A DNA stretch of 54,837 bases, filler included. It is 4 parts of 4 records of this genome, joined end to end, with 100 filler letters (N's around TTAATTAATTAA, not from the genome) between each part and the next. Parts side by side here need not be neighbours in the genome. Positions count along the whole stretch, not along the records: positions 48,791 to 54,837 come from SRR33789315_144; 3 more parts are not named here. One strand, written 5' to 3'. How positions within the stretch are numbered: the first letter of the stretch is position 1; each line of letters starts with the position of its first letter. Made by a program: the position numbers and the translations under genes. The notes under the pieces were generated by a model. That model was not told the DNA's origin and searched no databases. It saw nothing but the letters and a program-made list of their open reading frames with translations. Below, piece after piece: positions 52,101 through 54,837 of the stretch.

Positions 52101-52804
52101 TGATTACACACCCTGAAAGACAGACTTTTTTCTTGGCGAAAGACACCTGTAAGCCATTCTATTTTTCTTCGCCAGAAAAGCTCAAACATGCTGCGCCAAT
52201 AGTATGGATTGATATGCCGGACTTGCAGGCCACTAAAGGTATGAAAATGGGGGATGATCTTCCTCGCTGGCATAACTCCCTGGAATGTGAAGCGGTAGTA
52301 AAGGTTCTGAAGCGCATTCGTCGAAGTAATGAGGCTGACAAAGTACCAAAACTTGCGGTTCTGTCACCATATTCAGAGCAAGTCAAAAAAATCGAAAAAG
52401 CTATAACAAGAAAAGACCTCAGCAGCAAATTTCTTTCAAATCTTGAACTTTTTGTCAAGCCAGATGACCATTCCAGCTTCTGCAGTACAGTAGATGCGTT
52501 CCAAGGGGGGGAGGCCGATGCAGTTGTAATCTCGCTTGTAAGAAACAATGACAAAGGTACATTAAGGAGCGCACTAGGCTTCTTAATAGATGAAAGGCGT
52601 ATGAATGTTCTACTAAGCCGGTGTCGTCATCAGTTAATCCTCATTGGTTCCTATGAATTCATCAAGGGCTGGGCAGAAAAAATATCCAGTAGAGGGGAGC
52701 CAATTAAGCAGGATGGTGAATTTTTAGTGCGACTTCTGAATAAATTCGAGGAGTATAAGGAGAACAATAAAATGACAATTATCCCTTGGGATGAATTGAA
52801 ATAA
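49175..52804 (+). CDS. mkoA: kinase-like domain plus Upf1-like SF1 helicase (Mokosh type I MkoA-like)
   Basis: LLKFW, LLHRHLD and LTGFEWS kinase-like motifs; GPPGVGKT, MEETGKA, IGDHKQL, QHRMHP, LSPYSEQ, TVDAFQGGE and RMNVLLSR helicase motifs. Confidence 0.75.
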   Translation: MEAIKFLEFYDVYDDFLVAADPATGRPCLLRVEKDGCPLLLKFWPRNADMDDGDLEDIWLHELRQLHRLKGYPGVGDYVSSIVDSGRDNEGFYLVLDASGRVPISCLTKKPATLSLRTHWLKRLKNPKTRIIFWSNVIRIVRAIELLHAQGLLHRHLDSNAILTSGDINSEIIDFQLTGFEWSVRVHNMSSALIRGKDISPGGSIYSFVSDWSDLGLLLINLLAIDVNVLKNTAQSIDEIVEKTGLTLSETHLIKALIGWSPITSNTPKEILSAKLIVSSIEKIIESLTIISSHSLSSFRLAINLNYVAPQKGIFYSLKNAVQTKYKEKYDVTLSDADHEEIRGFIMQDLSDSPVAIYFQGTNGNDEQLLLKGKDLIYRLDKFQLSYDEPDFTWDFAFCQKVYKSLPRNPNSSAKTLELNSNYIEVHPIADAKQLCRTISNRSQGHSWDEVINSLREEGGEFTSAQLAILEGLAACHLAEISYARAEIYPVEILESNSVGLEEWRITLASCKNEDSEALSKSLLLDAPAVRIEKVLTSIEGDIETLNWSLVSSSLLTKEYNEEITLTYQECYNDKNGQLIYVFTSNQPLPDLKQYFIAPNSLQGTFRQLSRRAKALDTLGTHVELIDAISNPQKVAYNTQDMAIEDSSYNMLDESKKSALQNILKIMPLFLVQGPPGVGKTHLITTLVKQVFEKEPDSRVLLSAQSHATVQHLYHEIERTQLSSVKNDILVIRCSKQDVEDDSVLSDADAKAKILLEKLISSELFNNSSSHRLKSRILAMSQGHKSTRYTLVNQLLRSANIVFSTTNSEQIERMIKDRAQFDWSIMEETGKATGVELLSPLLLSHRRLMIGDHKQLPPYRSTEMKSILLDAARLKAVLQESEQVQNPKLKGEICKSLLENVNFEESRLIEIGSNAVNSLMLFESLVTNEEKESDAYKSVFGSLSNRTPVASMLSVQHRMHPHIAELLSEVFYNKKLITHPERQTFFLAKDTCKPFYFSSPEKLKHAAPIVWIDMPDLQATKGMKMGDDLPRWHNSLECEAVVKVLKRIRRSNEADKVPKLAVLSPYSEQVKKIEKAITRKDLSSKFLSNLELFVKPDDHSSFCSTVDAFQGGEADAVVISLVRNNDKGTLRSALGFLIDERRMNVLLSRCRHQLILIGSYEFIKGWAEKISSRGEPIKQDGEFLVRLLNKFEEYKENNKMTIIPWDELK

Positions 52805-52852
52805 TCTTAGATTTTAGGAATCGCTCGAAATGCGAAGTTAATAGGATAAGTT

Positions 52853-54706
52853 ATGACACATAAGCTCCCTGTTCTTGTCAAAATTCCGTTCTGTCATGGG
52901 CAACATCGATTTAAAATATTTAAAGGCCAGCGTTGGGAAGCTGTCGATCATCTCCTCCTTCAAGAAGTTGTTAAAGCGCCACGCTCTGCGCTACAACTTT
53001 CAGATGCCTCTGGCTTACCGCGCAGACTAATCATTGAAATCATGATCCCTTTTATGCGGGTTGGCTGGATACAGATATCTCAACAAGGCATGTCATATGC
53101 CTTTCAAGCTACTGATACAGGAACGGCGGTTTCTTCCAACGAAGAGTTACCTGTTGTTAAGGAACCAATGTTCTCTTTTCGTCAGTTTATTATTGACCCA
53201 ATCACAGGAGGCTGTTATCGAGTTGGGGGGAAACAGCAGAGTTTTCAAATTTATAGTCAAAGACGGGCGAACGAGTTAGTCTCTGAGAAGAAGGAACGGT
53301 TGATAGAGCTATTGTTTTCGAAGCCTCATTCAGATCCAGAGCTTTCCGATATTTTTGAATGTGTAACGGAAACTGATGAAGATATTTTTGGTTACGAAGA
53401 ATATGCCTTCCAAAGGCCATATAGCCATACTGTAAAATATGTAATTGCAGCAGTAGATGAGGAAAACAACATTTCTGGTGTCCCAACAGAGATATCCAAA
53501 TTGTTGTGTGAACAAATATTGAAAGCAGCAAACAAAAAACGAGAACAAATCCAACTTCTGAAAGACGTAACGTTTTCTCCAAGTGCGTCAAAATACAATA
53601 TCAAAGTTGCAACTAAGACCTACCCAGTCCACTCGTTAGCGCCTGGCGAGTATGAGTTAGTGCTTGGAGCCAGTGCCCATGAAGATCATCTCATCAACTC
53701 GATCAATAACGCGCATACGCGCTTAGTTATCCACTCGACGTTTATAAATCCGACCAATTTAAAAAAGATTTATGATGCTTTGATTTCAGCGGCTAAGCGC
53801 TCGGTGCAGATAGATATTTTATGGGGACAAGTAGAGCCAGAGCTGGCAAGACAAAAAAAAGCATATCAAACCACGATCTCAGAACTTCAAGTTTTAAATG
53901 ATGAGATTCGAAAGCTCGGCTTGGCAGAGATTTTTATATTTCATACTGATCCAACAGGCTCTCATGCGAAAATAATCATTCGAGATGATGCTTCTGGTTC
54001 GTTCTTCGCAACAGTAGGTTCCTGCAACTGGCTCGCTAGCGGGTTTAACCGATTTGAGGGGTCAGTAATGTTGTGTCAAGTAAACGTTGTTCAAGAAATT
54101 ATGGGCATAGTAAGCCAACTAGCTAAAGGACTTACAAAAATCTCTAACAACCTAAGTCGTGAACTTGCGATTTTGTCAAATCATCTTAAAAGGCAATCTA
54201 GAGTGTCAGCCACACCTACAAATACTGAGCTATCTCAGGTGCAGATTGTACTGAAGGGAGAACACCATGCATTTCTAAGGAAGGCAAGAGACGAGGCAAA
54301 AGACAACATATTTGTTTGCAGCCATAGAATTAGCCACGTTTCGGAACGCCCAATAATTGAACCGCTTAAGGCGTCTGTTGGTCAGTCTAAGGATATTCAA
54401 GCAAAAATCTTCTATGGCGTTACTAGTGGGGGTATGTGTCGAGAAGAAGTAACGAAACTAGCAGAATCCATAGAATCCCTTGGGATTTCTTTAGAAAAAA
54501 TTGATCACCCAACCATTCATGCAAAGCTATTGGCTTGGGATAGTGATAATGTCATCCTCACTAGCCTAAATTGGCTATCTGCTTCCGCGGTTGGTGAAGA
54601 TTACGATGAAATAGGAATTTATCTAAAAGACGAGAATGTAGCTCATGTTATAACCAATCAATTTTACAAAACTATCAAGATAGACGCGTCTTCAGCTATA
54701 CGATAG
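52853..54706 (+). CDS. mkoB: PLD-family nuclease with two HKD motifs and N-terminal wHTH-like region (MkoB-like)
   Basis: HAKIIIRD...GSCNW and HAKLLAWD...TSLNW; directly downstream of the kinase-helicase. Confidence 0.75.
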   Translation: MTHKLPVLVKIPFCHGQHRFKIFKGQRWEAVDHLLLQEVVKAPRSALQLSDASGLPRRLIIEIMIPFMRVGWIQISQQGMSYAFQATDTGTAVSSNEELPVVKEPMFSFRQFIIDPITGGCYRVGGKQQSFQIYSQRRANELVSEKKERLIELLFSKPHSDPELSDIFECVTETDEDIFGYEEYAFQRPYSHTVKYVIAAVDEENNISGVPTEISKLLCEQILKAANKKREQIQLLKDVTFSPSASKYNIKVATKTYPVHSLAPGEYELVLGASAHEDHLINSINNAHTRLVIHSTFINPTNLKKIYDALISAAKRSVQIDILWGQVEPELARQKKAYQTTISELQVLNDEIRKLGLAEIFIFHTDPTGSHAKIIIRDDASGSFFATVGSCNWLASGFNRFEGSVMLCQVNVVQEIMGIVSQLAKGLTKISNNLSRELAILSNHLKRQSRVSATPTNTELSQVQIVLKGEHHAFLRKARDEAKDNIFVCSHRISHVSERPIIEPLKASVGQSKDIQAKIFYGVTSGGMCREEVTKLAESIESLGISLEKIDHPTIHAKLLAWDSDNVILTSLNWLSASAVGEDYDEIGIYLKDENVAHVITNQFYKTIKIDASSAIR

Positions 54707-54837
54707 AGTGCAGTAAGAGGAACGATTGTGATCTAAAAAGTGCTTTCTGTTTAGTCACGTTGAAGATCATTCCACTGTGGATTGCGGACTCATATATTAC
54801 CGTTCGATTGTAACCGTCGTTATTGCCGTCGACGAGA

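Overview
The window is four assembly contigs joined by artificial 100-bp linkers (N44-TTAATTAATTAA-N44 at 9090-9189, 33070-33169 and 48691-48790), so adjacency across linkers is not biological evidence. Gene content suggests an AT-rich marine Alteromonadaceae-type gammaproteobacterium (Paraglaciecola/Glaciecola-like; inference). Contig 1 (1-9089) starts with the 5' end of a group IIC intron inserted in an attC-like hairpin and ends in a tRNA 3' end. Between them lies a co-oriented 11-gene module I cannot assign to any named system. It encodes an outer-membrane lipoprotein, exported helical proteins, an atypical ExbB/MotA-like plus ExbD-like ion-motor pair, a lytic transglycosylase, two cytoplasmic unknowns and a membrane-anchored, ATPase-less Lon-type (Ser-Lys) protease, and it shares a repeated TGYAAA-N14-TTTRCA palindrome. 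This is the best candidate for an undescribed system. Contig 2 holds a multi-PAS hybrid kinase and a decaying, apparently foreign island (copA, glgP remnant, ccp, cybB, PRC-barrel, J-domain remnant, frameshifted nhaP, Crp/Fnr regulator, tkt-pgm-frameshifted tal) with five Crp-type palindromes placed at -41.5. It continues with pfkA, a LytS/LytTR pair and an M61 peptidase. Contig 3 is mostly core genome (ygiF, ygiM, ECF sigma, ftsB-ispD-ispF-truD-surE-pcm-DUF368-nlpD-rpoS, tpx, folA, partial obgE). Contig 4 holds a kinase-like/SF1 helicase plus PLD nuclease pair matching the Mokosh type I anti-phage architecture. All calls come from motif recognition by eye; no database searches were run.
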